Shown here: positions 9,346 through 20,117 of the stretch, piece after piece | How the letters are laid out: the number at the start of each line of letters is the position of its first letter | Position numbering within the stretch: the first letter of the stretch is position 1 | Assembly (NCBI GenBank): GCA_965214705.1 | Contig: CBDCCI010000002.1 | Span: 2,624,001 to 2,688,000 of the forward strand | Direction: 5' to 3' | From: Alphaproteobacteria bacterium | GTDB lineage: Bacteria; Pseudomonadota; Alphaproteobacteria; UBA828 | Length of the DNA: 64,000 bases | Program-made: the position numbers and the translations under genes | Notes under the pieces: generated by a model | Databases searched by the model: none | Told to the model about the DNA's origin: nothing | Seen by the model: the letters and a program-made list of their open reading frames with translations, nothing else

Positions 9346-10206
9346 ATGTCTATCAGGCCGTTTCTGCTCATCGTGGCGCTATTCGCGTTGTCGGGCTTCG
9401 CTCAGCCTGGCTTGCACAACAGCACCAAGGTGTTCACCGATCCCTCGGACATGCGCTCATCCGATTGGTCGGACCCCGCAGAGATGGAACGGACGTGGCA
9501 AGCCGCCTTGGTCCGCATCCCGAAATCGCGTGGAAGCTTCGACAGCACGACTATGGCCGAGCTGGAGGAGGGCGCCCTCTCTCCTGTGGGTGTTTGGCCT
9601 ACGGTGATCTACATGCACGGCTGCACAGGGTTCTGGTCCGGCACAAAGACCCGGATCGATTTCCTGGCTCGCAACGGATACGCCGTCATTGCGCCGGCGA
9701 GCCTTGCCCGACTCAAGTACCCGCTGTCCTGTCGCCCGGCTACCCATCAAGGCGGCCTTTACCGCCCGACGCTCAAGATGCGCCAGAATGACGCTGGCTA
9801 TGCCATTGCGAAGGCCAAGACCCTTCCATGGGTCGACAGCTCGAACGTCTTCCTCATGGGGCTCAGCCAAGGGGGAATTACGACGGCAACGTTCTCATCT
9901 TCGCGCCGTGAGCATTCCCTTCGAGCGCGGATTGTTGAGGGCTGGACCTGCCACGCGGGCTGGACCGAATACGCTGGAGTAAACGCACCGGAATCCGAGC
10001 CTGTGCTGACCCTGGTGGGGGCCAAAGATCCGTGGTTCCAGAGTCACTGGAACCGGGGTTCGTGCGATCGTTTTCTCAGCAAGTCGAATGGAAGTCGCTC
10101 CGTGGTTTATTCGAAGGGACGCTTGAGCACTCGCCACGAACTCCTGGAGTCACGCACGGTTAAGAAAACAGTCTTCGATTTCTTGAAGAGACACCGGTCG
10201 CGCTAA
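9346..10206 (+). CDS. Secreted dienelactone hydrolase-like alpha/beta hydrolase
   Basis: Signal peptide, VIYMHGCTG, GLSQGG, GAKDPW, late His (TRHE). Confidence 0.8.
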   Translation: MSIRPFLLIVALFALSGFAQPGLHNSTKVFTDPSDMRSSDWSDPAEMERTWQAALVRIPKSRGSFDSTTMAELEEGALSPVGVWPTVIYMHGCTGFWSGTKTRIDFLARNGYAVIAPASLARLKYPLSCRPATHQGGLYRPTLKMRQNDAGYAIAKAKTLPWVDSSNVFLMGLSQGGITTATFSSSRREHSLRARIVEGWTCHAGWTEYAGVNAPESEPVLTLVGAKDPWFQSHWNRGSCDRFLSKSNGSRSVVYSKGRLSTRHELLESRTVKKTVFDFLKRHRSR

Positions 10207-10467
10207 ATTTGCGGCGGCCTTGCCAAGCCGTCTGTTCGAGTTCGCGGCTTCCGAGTCTGACCTAATCCGCATTTCTCACCACTGTTGTTAAACGCTCAGA
10301 TTGGACGTTGATTAGCGCGGTAATTCATTGATTTTGTTGGAGTATTTCTTAGCTGAGTGGGTTTTGCCATGTCAAGCCTTAGCACACATCACAACAGCTT
10401 CAGCTAGGCAAGACCTTTTTGTTATATTTCCGGGGGCAACAAAGCGCGCTTATCAACACATTGCCGG

Positions 10468-10735
10468 GCGCACGGCGGCGGGGGAATAGCAGGAAGCGGC
10501 GCTGACGCGCATCCGCAACGCGCTCGCCTTCCTGGTCGCGCTGAGGATGCGGGAGATGGTGCGCGGCGCCCGCGAGTACGAGCTGAAGGCGCTGCTGACG
10601 GACTCGTTCGGCGGGCGGGCTGCGGCGGCAACCGTGGAGCGTCTCAACGCGCATGGGTACGGAGGGCCTGGATCAGCCATGATCGAAGACTGCCCCGCGG
10701 GGGACGTCACATCGAGAGACCGCCGCGGTCGCGCG
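10468..10735 (+). repeat. Diverged direct repeat, copy 2
   Basis: Matches 5812-6076. Confidence 0.8.
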
Positions 10736-11252
10736 GCTGGCCTTGTCGGCGACCACCGGCAACTGCGCGCGGTCGAAGCCGACCGGCCCTTCGGCCTGCT
10801 GCAGGACGCCGGAATGCCCACAGCGACGCGGACCTGCGGGCTGCAGTCCTGCACGTGGTGACGGACGAGCCGCGTATGGCGGTGGAGGGGCTCGGCAACG
10901 GCGTTCTGGAGACGGAGAGCGACGATCTCAGCGGGAAGGCGTCACACCTCCAAGTCGGGTCGTAGGGACCACTATATCGGGATAATTCCGGCATATAGCG
11001 GGATATTGGTTGACCATACATGGGCTTAGCGGTCACCGGAGGCGTCTGGTGGTTCGCTCCGGCGAGGTGACCGCACCAATAGGTAAAGTCGAATCCGGCT
11101 TCGCATCGGGCCTGGGTGGCTCCTGCAAAGACCCGAGGCCTCGTCGTGCTGTGCGGCTTGAGCAGAGTCGGCCAATCGCCCTGCGGATCCGCCCCGGGGC
11201 TCACACCGGTCCACAGTTGACTCAATGAGCGGCCCAGCATACATATCGGGCC

Positions 11253-12286
11253 ATGCAAGTTGGCCTTCACCAGTTTCACGCCGACACGATCGAGTGGTTG
11301 AGCAAGGCGGTCCTGGAGGAGGGCCGCACTCGCAGTTCTCTTGCCCGCGATCTCTGCGCGCTGGAGGACTGGACCGGCGATCGGGGCGAGCACTGCCTTG
11401 CGTCGGCGCGCAAGGCTCTGCCGGTTCTGGCGGACAAGCTGGGGCTCGCGCTGCCGGCGGCGCGGGCGGCGTTCGGCCGGGGGCGTCGCGAGGGTGCGGC
11501 CATCGAAGCCTTCCCCGATCTCTCGCTTCGCTGTCGGCTCACGGATTTGGGCTCGGTGACGCTGGAGTTGGTCGACGGCGATGCCGAGCGGCGCCTGTGG
11601 CAAGCGATGATTGCAACGCACCACCCGCAGGGCTGGGCGCGGGCTCCGGGCGGGCAGCTGCGCTACTGGGTGCGTTCCTCGCTTCATGGCCGCCTCGGCG
11701 GCATCGGGTTTTGCGCCGCGAGCTGGCACCAGAAGGCGCGCGACGACTTTATCGGCTGGTCGGCGGACGCGCGGGCTTTGAACCTGCCGCTGGCGATCAA
11801 CAACCATCGCTTCCTGCTTCTGCCCGGCGTGCGCGTCCACGGTCTGGCCTCGCGGGTGCTGGAGCTGGCGGCCGGCCGCGTGGCGGGAGACTGGGAGGCG
11901 GCGTACACCGCGCGCCCGGTCCTGGCCTACAGCTATGTCGGCCCCGAGCATGCCGGCACCTGCTACCGGGCGGCGGGCTGGCGGTGCTGTCCCCAGCACA
12001 CCTCGGGCCAGCCGCCGGGGTCCGCCGCCGGGGCGGCGCGGACGGTGTGGATGAAGCCGCTGGCGGCGGATTGGCAGGCCATCTTGTGCGCCGAGCCGGC
12101 GCGGGATATCCGTGCGGCGCCGGCGTTGCACATGGACGAGGACACGGACTGGGCGGGGCGGGAATATGCGCGCAGCACGCATCCTGACGGCCGGGTCCGC
12201 GATCGGATCGAGCGCATGGGACGGGCGTGGCTGGAGCGCCCGGGGGCCGCGATCCCGGCGATCTTTCCGGCCAAGCCGGATCGCAA
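11253..12286 (+). pseudogene. N-terminal part of DUF4338 (DruA-like)-Tn5 transposase fusion
   Basis: LWQAMIATHH...QLRYWV...AASWHQKARDDFIGW...NNHRFLLLP...LASRVL...GTCYRAAGW, followed by a Tn5-type DNA-binding segment DWAGREY...DGRVRDRI. Confidence 0.82.
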
Positions 12287-14382
12287 CCCATCTTTGCCAT
12301 TTTGGCGCGCGCCTGCGACCTAAGTAGTTGCGATGATGGGCTGATTTTCTGGCCCATCTGGGATTATGGCACTACGTTTGTGCGCTCATCGCGACACTCC
12401 CGGGAGCACCGCCCGGCGCCTGTGGGGATCCACCGTGAGGCCCGCCGCCTGCGCGATGACGCGCGCCTCGGCGTCGGGTTGAGCATCCTGGCGGATGACG
12501 ATGCGGTTTCCGTCCACCTCCCGGATGGTGGAGGTGAGACGCACCCAGCCCGCGAGCTTGTCGCGGATCGTACTCCAGCGGTCATGCAAGCCGTGCGCCG
12601 CCAGACGGGTTCGCAGCAGATGAACCGCGTGGTAGGCGAGGACGGCGATGAACAGGTGGGCGGCGATGCGCGAGGTCTTGGAGTGCCAGACCGGGCGCAG
12701 GCCGATTTCGGATTTCAGGCTGCGGAAGGTGGCCTCGAGCTCTGTGAGCTTCCAGTAGGTTCGGACCACGGTTTCAAGATCCCACTCGACGTGGCTGGTG
12801 CGCAGCACATAGATGCCCGCTTGGCGGTCGCGCTCGGCATGGAGAGCGTTGCGCCTCCAGCGGACCGCACTGGCCCGCCCCTTCTCTCCGGGCTCGACCT
12901 CGATGTCGTACTGACGGTGGACGCGCCTGTACCTTTCCTTCAGCCGGCCCAGCTTCTCCATCACCTTGGTGAACTGCTTGATGTGGTTCTTCTTCGACAG
13001 CCCGCCATGCAGGGCGCGCAGGGCGTCCTCGAAGTTGTGACGCTGACGGGCGAGCACGGCCTCGTCCTTCTGCTGGCGCTCATGGCTCCAGACGCACAGG
13101 TGCGCTTCGTCGTCCCCTGCCGCGAGACGCCAGGCGCGGGCATCGTGGCCGGCCCGGGTTTCGAAGGCGGCATCGGCTTCGCGCCCGGGCGGCGCCGAGA
13201 CGCCGCGGCGAACGGTGATCCAGTGATAGCCGCCCGCCCGCAGCCAGGCGAGGTTGGCCTCGGTGGAGATGCCGGCGTCCATGATGACCGTGGGCCTGGG
13301 GGCGTTGCTGCCGCGCGCTTGGCATTCCAGCCGCCCGATGGCGTCGGCGAGAGTGGCCGGCTCGGAGATGTTGCCGGGCAGGATCTCGCTGTGCTGCGGA
13401 AAGCCGGCCTGGTTCAGCGACAGGGCCAGGGTCACGATCGGACAATCGTCACGCCTCTGCTTCGAGCGCCCGAAGCGGGCCAGCGCGGAGCTGGGCCGTC
13501 CGGTCATATGGGTGTTGGTCAGGTCGAAGAAGACGATGGTGTCGGGGATGCCGAAGAGATCGCGCTCCCGGGCGCACAGCGCCTCTTCAAGCGCCGCGCG
13601 GTGACGCCACAAGAGGTCGCCGATGCGGTAGAGCTTGCTGAGCGTGAGCGACTTGCCGCTGTCGACATCGAGCAACTCCAGGGTCGCGCTGTTCGCGCTC
13701 AGCCAGCGGAAGGCCTCGCGCTCGCTGGAGGGATGGATCATGCGCGCGACCACCAGTGCCGCCGCGATGCGTGCGTCGCGCTCACTTGCGCCCAGCCTCT
13801 CCAGCGTCTCGATGAAGCGAAGGTCGTCAAGCGCGGCGAGAGCCAGGCGCTCGCAGCCCACCGAGCGGACCTGTTCGTGGGAGAGGCTATCGAGACGGAC
13901 CGTGGCCAGGTCGCTCTCGTCCCCGGGCCGCGACGCGCCGAGATCGCGGGCGTGAAGCCGCCGTACGACGTCCTCGGCGACGGGGCGCAAGGCGGCATCC
14001 GGCTCCAGCAGCGGCTCGCTGCCGGCGAGAAGGGTTTCGATCAGAAGCGCCAATTCGCGCCATTGCTCCTCGGGCACACCGAAGTCGGCGCCGAGATTGA
14101 GGAGCGTGACCTGGCGCACCCTTCCGCCGATGCGTTCGCTGCGCACGAGGCGGTAGGTGGCATAGCGCTCGCCACCGTCTCCGCGACCGGTGAGGGTTTT
14201 GCGAATGAACATGGCGGCAGGGTCACGGACAGTTTGCGGACTGTCAAGGAGCGCCGGCCCACAGACCAAAGATTATGGCACTACAATGGACTTCCCAAAA
14301 CACAATCCAACAAAATCAGTGCCTTAGATCCCAAAGGCTACCCAAAATCAGGCCTTCGGGACCGAAAAGTGGCAAAGATGGG
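12287..14382 (-). mobile_element. IS1634-family insertion sequence
   Basis: IR CCCATCTTTGCCA(T/C)TTT at both ends; 4-bp TSD GCAA (12283-12286, 14383-14386). Confidence 0.88.
12386..14212 (-). CDS. IS1634-family transposase
   Basis: MFIRKT...YRLVRSERIGGRVRQVTLLNLG; FFDLTN, FGRSK, GNISE, VIMDAG, EATFRSLKSEIGLRPVWH. Confidence 0.9.
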   Translation of the reverse strand: MFIRKTLTGRGDGGERYATYRLVRSERIGGRVRQVTLLNLGADFGVPEEQWRELALLIETLLAGSEPLLEPDAALRPVAEDVVRRLHARDLGASRPGDESDLATVRLDSLSHEQVRSVGCERLALAALDDLRFIETLERLGASERDARIAAALVVARMIHPSSEREAFRWLSANSATLELLDVDSGKSLTLSKLYRIGDLLWRHRAALEEALCARERDLFGIPDTIVFFDLTNTHMTGRPSSALARFGRSKQRRDDCPIVTLALSLNQAGFPQHSEILPGNISEPATLADAIGRLECQARGSNAPRPTVIMDAGISTEANLAWLRAGGYHWITVRRGVSAPPGREADAAFETRAGHDARAWRLAAGDDEAHLCVWSHERQQKDEAVLARQRHNFEDALRALHGGLSKKNHIKQFTKVMEKLGRLKERYRRVHRQYDIEVEPGEKGRASAVRWRRNALHAERDRQAGIYVLRTSHVEWDLETVVRTYWKLTELEATFRSLKSEIGLRPVWHSKTSRIAAHLFIAVLAYHAVHLLRTRLAAHGLHDRWSTIRDKLAGWVRLTSTIREVDGNRIVIRQDAQPDAEARVIAQAAGLTVDPHRRRAVLPGVSR

Positions 14383-14386
14383 GCAA

Positions 14387-15644
14387 GGCGGCCTACCGAC
14401 TGCTGTCGAGCGGGAAGGTGAGCATGGAGCACATCCTGGAGCCGCACCAGGCAACGATGGTGGAGCGCTGCCAGCTTGAGGACATCGTTCTCGCGATCCA
14501 GGACACCACCACGCTGAACTACGACGGGCTCGCGGCGACCGAAGGCCTCGTCGGGGTGGGCGGCGGCGGCAAGGGCGCCTGCGGGTTGGTGGCGCATGTC
14601 GGCTTGGCGGTCAACGTGGCCGGGCGGCCGCTCGGCGTGTTCGCGCTCGATGCGACCTTCCGCGACGGCAATGACGAGGACAGGGAGAGCGTGCGCTGGG
14701 AGCACGGGCACGACCGCGCGCAGGAGTTGGCCCGCGCCTGTCCCGCGACACAGGTGGTCACGGTCTGCGACCGGGAAGCCGACATCTGGGCGTTGCTCGA
14801 AACTGCGGTGTCCCAAGGCGCCGGGCTCCTCGTGCGCGCGAACCGTTCGCGGCGACGAAAGGTCATCCTGGAGACCGGCGAGAAGGAGGACCTGTGGAAG
14901 CATGTCGCCGCTCTCCCGCGCCTTGCCGGCAAGACCGTGGAGATCGGCGCCTGCGGCGGCAAGCGGGCGCGGTCCAGGCGTACGGCAACGCTCGAGCTGC
15001 GCGCCGCCAGGGTCAGCCTGGCGCCACCGCGCGACGCCGAGAGCCCGGAGCCGGTCGACGTGCTCGCCGTGTCCGCGACCGAACCCAACCCGCCCGCCGG
15101 CAAGGACCCGCTCAACTGGCTGCTGTTCAGCACCGAGGGCAGCGCCGACGCCGAGACCGCCCAGACCGTCGTCACCTGGTACGAGCGCCGATGGACCATC
15201 GAGGAGTACTTCAAGGTCCTGAAGACCGGCACCCGCGTCGAGGACCGAAAGCTCGACCACGCCGATGACCTGCGAAAGTGCGTCGCCTTCGATGCCATCA
15301 CCGCCTGCCACGTCTTCGATCTCGAACGGATCGCGCGCGACACGCCGGACATTCCGGCCAACCACATCGTCTCCGACGACGAAATCGCCATCCTCTACAT
15401 CAGGCTGATGGCCTACGGCATGGTTCGAGCCCGCCCGCCGCCAGACAAGCCCCCGGATATCCGCACCTTCGTCATCGACGTCGCAAGGTTCGCTGGCTTC
15501 GATCCACGAAAACACCAGCCTCTGCCGGGAACCCAACTGCTCTGGAAAGGCTATGTCTACCTGCGACACGCCACCATCACCTACCGTGCCTTGAAGGACT
15601 TGGACATGATCAAGAATGGGACTGACTCAACAGTGGGTAGTTGA
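14387..15644 (+). pseudogene. C-terminal part (Tn5-like DDE core and dimerisation domain) of the IS4 transposase
   Basis: KAAYRLLS..., AIQDTT, VCDREADI, YERRWTIEEYFKVLKTG. In frame with 11253-12286 after removing IS1634 and one TSD copy. Confidence 0.88.
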
Positions 15645-15908
15645 GAGGCCCCGGGGGCAGTCGGACTTCCCAGGGCAGTGTTGGGTAAAGGCTCTCGGCT
15701 CCAATCGACCGTCTCCAGCCAGTCGAGCGCCAGGGCTCGTCGCAAATGGTGCCGATCGGCGTGCGGGACGTCTGCGTTCCCCGGCGCGGCAATCGACTGG
15801 TTCTTCGCGCTCAACGCCTACCCTAGCGTACGGAACCGAGGCTATCCTGCTGCTCGGAGCGCCGGGGCCACAACCGCATCTAGTCTTGGACACTCTGGAA
15901 GTCATGAC

Positions 15909-16565
15909 ATGACGACGCAAAATCTCGTCCTCTGGGGCGCCTGCACGATGCGGACCCACCGCACCCTGTGGCTCGCAGAAGAATTGGGCCTCGACTACGA
16001 GCACCGCCCCATCGGCCCGCGCACCGGCGAGACCAGGACCGCCGAGTTCCTGGCCATCAACCCGCGGCACAAGATTCCGGCGATGGTCCACGGCGACGTC
16101 TGCCTGACCGAGAGCGCAGCGATCATGACCTACATGACCGAGACCTTTCCGGTACCGGATCACGTCTATGTGCCCGACGACGCGCTCGGGCGGGCGCGGC
16201 TGCTCGAATGGTGCTTCTTCACCATGAGCGAGCTCGACGCCAACGCGATCTACAGCATCCGGCGTCACGGCGACCTGGTCGAGATATACGGCGCCTCGCC
16301 GATCGCCGTCCGCGCGGCAATCGAGTACTTCGACCACCAGCTGGAATGCATGGAGGAACGGATCACCGGCGCAGGCCAGTTCCTGATGGGGGAGAAGATC
16401 AGCGTCGCCGACATTCTCTTCATGTCCTGCCTGGATGCCGCCGAGCACTACGAGCTCGCCTTGCCGGGCTGGCTGCGCGACTACCGCATCCGCATGCGGG
16501 CGCGCCCGGCCTATGCGGAGACCTATCCGCGCAACTATGGCGGGCGCAGCGCGCCGGAGATCTGA
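15909..16565 (+). CDS. Glutathione S-transferase family protein
   Basis: FLAINPRHKIP, LTESAAIMTY, FLMGEKISVADI. Confidence 0.9.
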   Translation: MTTQNLVLWGACTMRTHRTLWLAEELGLDYEHRPIGPRTGETRTAEFLAINPRHKIPAMVHGDVCLTESAAIMTYMTETFPVPDHVYVPDDALGRARLLEWCFFTMSELDANAIYSIRRHGDLVEIYGASPIAVRAAIEYFDHQLECMEERITGAGQFLMGEKISVADILFMSCLDAAEHYELALPGWLRDYRIRMRARPAYAETYPRNYGGRSAPEI

Positions 16566-16568
16566 GCC

Positions 16569-17762
16569 ATGCCTGGCCCGCTCGACGGCATCCGCGTGCT
16601 CGACCTGACGACCATGGTCTCGGGCCCGGTGGCGACCATGATGCTGGCCGACCAGGGCGCGGACGTGATCAAGATCGAAGCGCCGGCCGGCGACATCATG
16701 CGCCAGTACGGTGTCGTCCACCGCGGCATGTCCGCCACCTTCCTGTCCTGCAACCGCTCGAAACGCTCGCTCTGCGTCGACCTCAAGACCGCCGAAGGAC
16801 TCGCCATCGTGCGCAAGCTCGTGGAGACCGCCGACGTGCTGGTGCAGAACTTCCGCCCCGGCGCGATCGAGCGTATGGGCCTCGGCGAAGATATCGTTCG
16901 GGATCTCAAGCCCGACATCGTCTACGTCTCGATCAGCGGCTTCGGCGAGTTGGGGCCCTATGCGCACCAGCGGGTCTACGATTCGGTCATCCAGGCGCTT
17001 TGCGGGCTCTGCGACATCCAGACCGATAACGAGACGGGCCGCCCGCACATGGTGCGCACCATCGTTCCCGACAAGACGACATCTTTGACAGCGGCGCAGG
17101 CGATCACGGCGGCGCTGTTCGCGCGCGAACGCACCGGCAAGGGCCAGCACGTCCGCCTCGCCATGCTCGACACCATGGTCGCCTATCTGTGGCCGGAGGC
17201 GAGCGCGCCGCTCACCTTTCTCGAGAACGAGCAGGATCCGGCGCAGGAACAGGCGGGTCCCGATCTGATCTTCCAGACCGCCGACGGCTATATCACCGCA
17301 GCGGCCGTCACGGACGCGGAATGGGCGGGGATGTGCCGCGCCTTCGGCCGCGAGGAGTTGATCGAGGACCCGCGCTTCGAGACCGCCGCCGCGCGCGGCC
17401 ACAATCGGACCGAGCGCCGGACCATCATGAACCAGGAGATCGCCAGGTGGCCGACGGCGGAGATCCTTGCCAGGTTCGACCGAGAGACCGTCCCCGCCGC
17501 GCCGGTGCTCAGCCGCGCCGAGGTGATCGCGGACGCCCAGGTGGTCGAGAACGGGATCATCGAGGTGCGCGAGGCCCCCGGTCTCGGCCGGGTGCGCCAG
17601 CCCAGGCCGGCGGCCCGTTTCGCCGAGACCCCGGCGGAGATCCGGTCCATCGCGCCCTGGCTCGGCGCCGACAACGCGGCGATCCTGGCAGAGCTCGGCT
17701 ACGACGAAGCCGACATCGCGCGGCTCGCCGAAGACCGGGTGGTGCATCGACGGGGGCCGTGA
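16569..17762 (+). CDS. CaiB/BaiF family III CoA-transferase
   Basis: PLDGIRVLDLT, GADVIKIE, NRSKRS, NFRPG. Confidence 0.93.
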   Translation: MPGPLDGIRVLDLTTMVSGPVATMMLADQGADVIKIEAPAGDIMRQYGVVHRGMSATFLSCNRSKRSLCVDLKTAEGLAIVRKLVETADVLVQNFRPGAIERMGLGEDIVRDLKPDIVYVSISGFGELGPYAHQRVYDSVIQALCGLCDIQTDNETGRPHMVRTIVPDKTTSLTAAQAITAALFARERTGKGQHVRLAMLDTMVAYLWPEASAPLTFLENEQDPAQEQAGPDLIFQTADGYITAAAVTDAEWAGMCRAFGREELIEDPRFETAAARGHNRTERRTIMNQEIARWPTAEILARFDRETVPAAPVLSRAEVIADAQVVENGIIEVREAPGLGRVRQPRPAARFAETPAEIRSIAPWLGADNAAILAELGYDEADIARLAEDRVVHRRGP

Positions 17763-18258
17763 TTGTGGTGAGAAATGCGGGGGAGCGGCGCACCACCGGC
17801 TCGACGGTGCTTCTCCCGTTTGCGTGACGCACTTCCGGAGAAACTCCACTTCGGCATGTCGAAGAACGACCGCAGATAAAGCGCGTACGCCCACAGCACT
17901 GGCACCACGGATACCAACTGACGGCGAGTCTCGCCGACGATCGCAGTGGCCGGAGCGTTGCAAATTCGGCAACGAAGAGAACGGAAAACAGCAATTCCGC
18001 TGAACACCACCACGGGACTACGATCTCTCCAGCAGCGGGTGATCAGACACGATCCACGGGAAAATCCTGCGAAACGACGCCTGAATCGCTAGGCACGGTC
18101 ACCTGCATCGGAAAATCGAAAGGGGGACGGTGAGAACAGGACGCCGGTGCCTCGCACCCATAGGCGAGAACGAAGCGCGCGGGCGCTCCAAAGAAGGTTA
18201 GCGGGACGGAAGTCGCGTACTTCGCGTGAAACCACATTGCCAATCGGGAGGTCTAGTC

Positions 18259-19305
18259 ATGGCAGAGCACTCGCAATCACACCGATCGCTCAATCGGCGC
18301 CAGATCCTGAAAAGCGCAGCCGCTCTCGGCGGCGTCGCCGCCACCTCGTCCTTTATCAGCGTGGAGGCGCTTGGTGCCGACGCGGCGAAGGTCAACATGC
18401 AACTCGGCTGGCTCGCCAGCAACGGCATCATGGGCGAGGTCGTGGCCAAGCGAACGGGCATCTACAACGCGCTCGGCATCGAGCTCGAGGTCACGCCGGG
18501 CGGGCCTGGCGTGGACGGCGTCGCGTCGGTGGCGGCCGGGCGGGCGCAGGTCGGGCATCTCTCATCCAGCCCGTCGCTGATGTTGGCGCGCTCTGCCGGC
18601 ATCCCGGTCAAGGCCTTCGCCGCCGGCTACCAGAAGCATCCCTTCACCTACTTCTCGCTCGCGAGCAATCCCATCAACACGCCCCAGGACATGATCGGAA
18701 AGACGATCGCCACGCAGCCCACGGCGGTCATCCTGCTCCGGGCGTTGCTGGCCAAGAACGGCATCGCCGAGGACCAGGTTGAGATCGTCAAGATGGGGAG
18801 TGACATGAACCAGGTGATGACCGGCCAGGCTGCCGCCGTCACCGGCTGGATGACCAATACCAATGCGCTGAAGATCCTTGGCGACGACCGCGTCGACATG
18901 ATGCTGTGGGACGCGGGCATCCAGCTCTACGCCAATGTCTACTACGCCACCGACGAGATGCTGGCTGACCACGCGGACGTGCTGACCCGCTTCCTCACCG
19001 GGACTGCGCGCGGCTGGGGCGAGGTGCGCAAGAACCCGGAGGCCGGTGTCGACCATCTCGTCGCCGAGTACCAGAACCTCGATCGCGCGAGCGAGCTGGA
19101 TGCGGTGGGACCGGTGCTCGGATTCTCGTTCAACGACGTGACGGCAGCCGAGGGCTGGGCGGCCATGAACCCGGCGAACTGGCAGGCGCAGATCGACACC
19201 TACGCCCAACTGGAGCAGTTCCAAGGCGCGACGCCGACGCTGGACGACGTGATGACCCTGGATATCCTTGCTGCCACGGAGGCCGTGAGGAAAGAGGTCG
19301 GATGA
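18259..19305 (+). CDS. ABC substrate-binding protein, NMT1/THI5-like, Tat signal
   Basis: NRRQILK twin-arginine signal; MQLGWLA, GIELEVTPGGP, TPQDMIGKTIA. Confidence 0.85.
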   Translation: MAEHSQSHRSLNRRQILKSAAALGGVAATSSFISVEALGADAAKVNMQLGWLASNGIMGEVVAKRTGIYNALGIELEVTPGGPGVDGVASVAAGRAQVGHLSSSPSLMLARSAGIPVKAFAAGYQKHPFTYFSLASNPINTPQDMIGKTIATQPTAVILLRALLAKNGIAEDQVEIVKMGSDMNQVMTGQAAAVTGWMTNTNALKILGDDRVDMMLWDAGIQLYANVYYATDEMLADHADVLTRFLTGTARGWGEVRKNPEAGVDHLVAEYQNLDRASELDAVGPVLGFSFNDVTAAEGWAAMNPANWQAQIDTYAQLEQFQGATPTLDDVMTLDILAATEAVRKEVG

Positions 19306-20117
19306 CGCAAGCCGCCGCCGTGGCGTCGGGCTGCACTAAAGCCTCCCCCGCCACGGCGATTGCAGTCCGCGACCTGGCGGTCCGTTTCGACGGAGACGCC
19401 GGCAGCGTCACCGCGCTCGACGGGGTCGGCTTCGAGGTGCCCGAAGCCGGCTTCGTCACCATGCTGGGACCGTCAGGCTGCGGCAAGTCGACGCTGCTCA
19501 GGGCCGTCGCCGATCTAGTTCCCATCAGCGCAGGCTCGATCAACGTCTTCGGCCGCACGCCGGAGCAGGCCCGCCGGGCGCGGGATTTCGCCTTCGTCTT
19601 TCAGGACGCGACGCTGCTGCCCTGGCGCAGCGTCATCGACAACGTACGGCTACCGTTGGAGGTCGGCCGGCGCGGTGGTGCGGTCGAGCAGCACGCGAAA
19701 CCGGAGGAGCTGCTGGCGCTGGTGGGCCTGGAGGGGCGCGCCGACGCGCTCCCCCACGAGCTCTCAGGCGGCATGCGCCAGCGCGTCTCTATCGCGCGGG
19801 CGCTCGTCTGCCGCCCCCGCGTGCTGCTGATGGACGAGCCCTTCGGCGCCCTTGACGAGATCAACCGGGACAAGCTGAACGAGGAGCTGCTGCGAATCTG
19901 GAAGGAAACCGGCACCACGATCATGTTCGTCACCCATTCGGTGCCGGAAGCCGCGTTCCTTGGCCAGAAATGCCTGGTGCTCTCGGCCCAGCCAGGCCGC
20001 GTTCGCGAGTATGTTGACATCTCCTTCGCTTCACCACGTGCCCTCGGCATGCGCGACACGCTCGATTTCGTGCAGGTCACGGCGCACCTTCGCTCCCTCC
20101 TGGAGCTGCCGCGATGA
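19302..20117 (+). CDS. ABC ATP-binding protein (TauB/SsuB-like)
   Basis: GPSGCGKS, LSGGMRQR, LLMDEPFGALD. Confidence 0.93.
   Translation: MTQAAAVASGCTKASPATAIAVRDLAVRFDGDAGSVTALDGVGFEVPEAGFVTMLGPSGCGKSTLLRAVADLVPISAGSINVFGRTPEQARRARDFAFVFQDATLLPWRSVIDNVRLPLEVGRRGGAVEQHAKPEELLALVGLEGRADALPHELSGGMRQRVSIARALVCRPRVLLMDEPFGALDEINRDKLNEELLRIWKETGTTIMFVTHSVPEAAFLGQKCLVLSAQPGRVREYVDISFASPRALGMRDTLDFVQVTAHLRSLLELPR

Larger units (their letters stand above)
11200..15647 (+). mobile_element. IS4-family (IS50/Tn5-like) element, interrupted by IS1634
   Basis: 9-bp TSD GCCCCGGGG (11191-11199, 15648-15656); imperfect 25-bp IR (18/25 matches). Confidence 0.82.

Noticed and set aside
10207-10465. AT-rich stretch, possibly an IS end or promoter relic
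   Set aside because: No partner IR or ORF to support a call.
12227-14479. Long antisense ORFs (e.g. 12227-14479 +, 15627-17972 -, 26850-29195 -, 57298-59025 -)
   Set aside because: Shadow ORFs of real genes, caused by high-GC codon bias; no motifs.
10980-15830. A gene interrupted by the IS4 element
   Set aside because: The rejoined flanks give no recognisable protein in the frames I checked.
17763-18258. TPP riboswitch upstream of the THI5-like binding protein
   Set aside because: The conserved CTGAGA...ACCTGA...GCGNAGG arrangement was not found.
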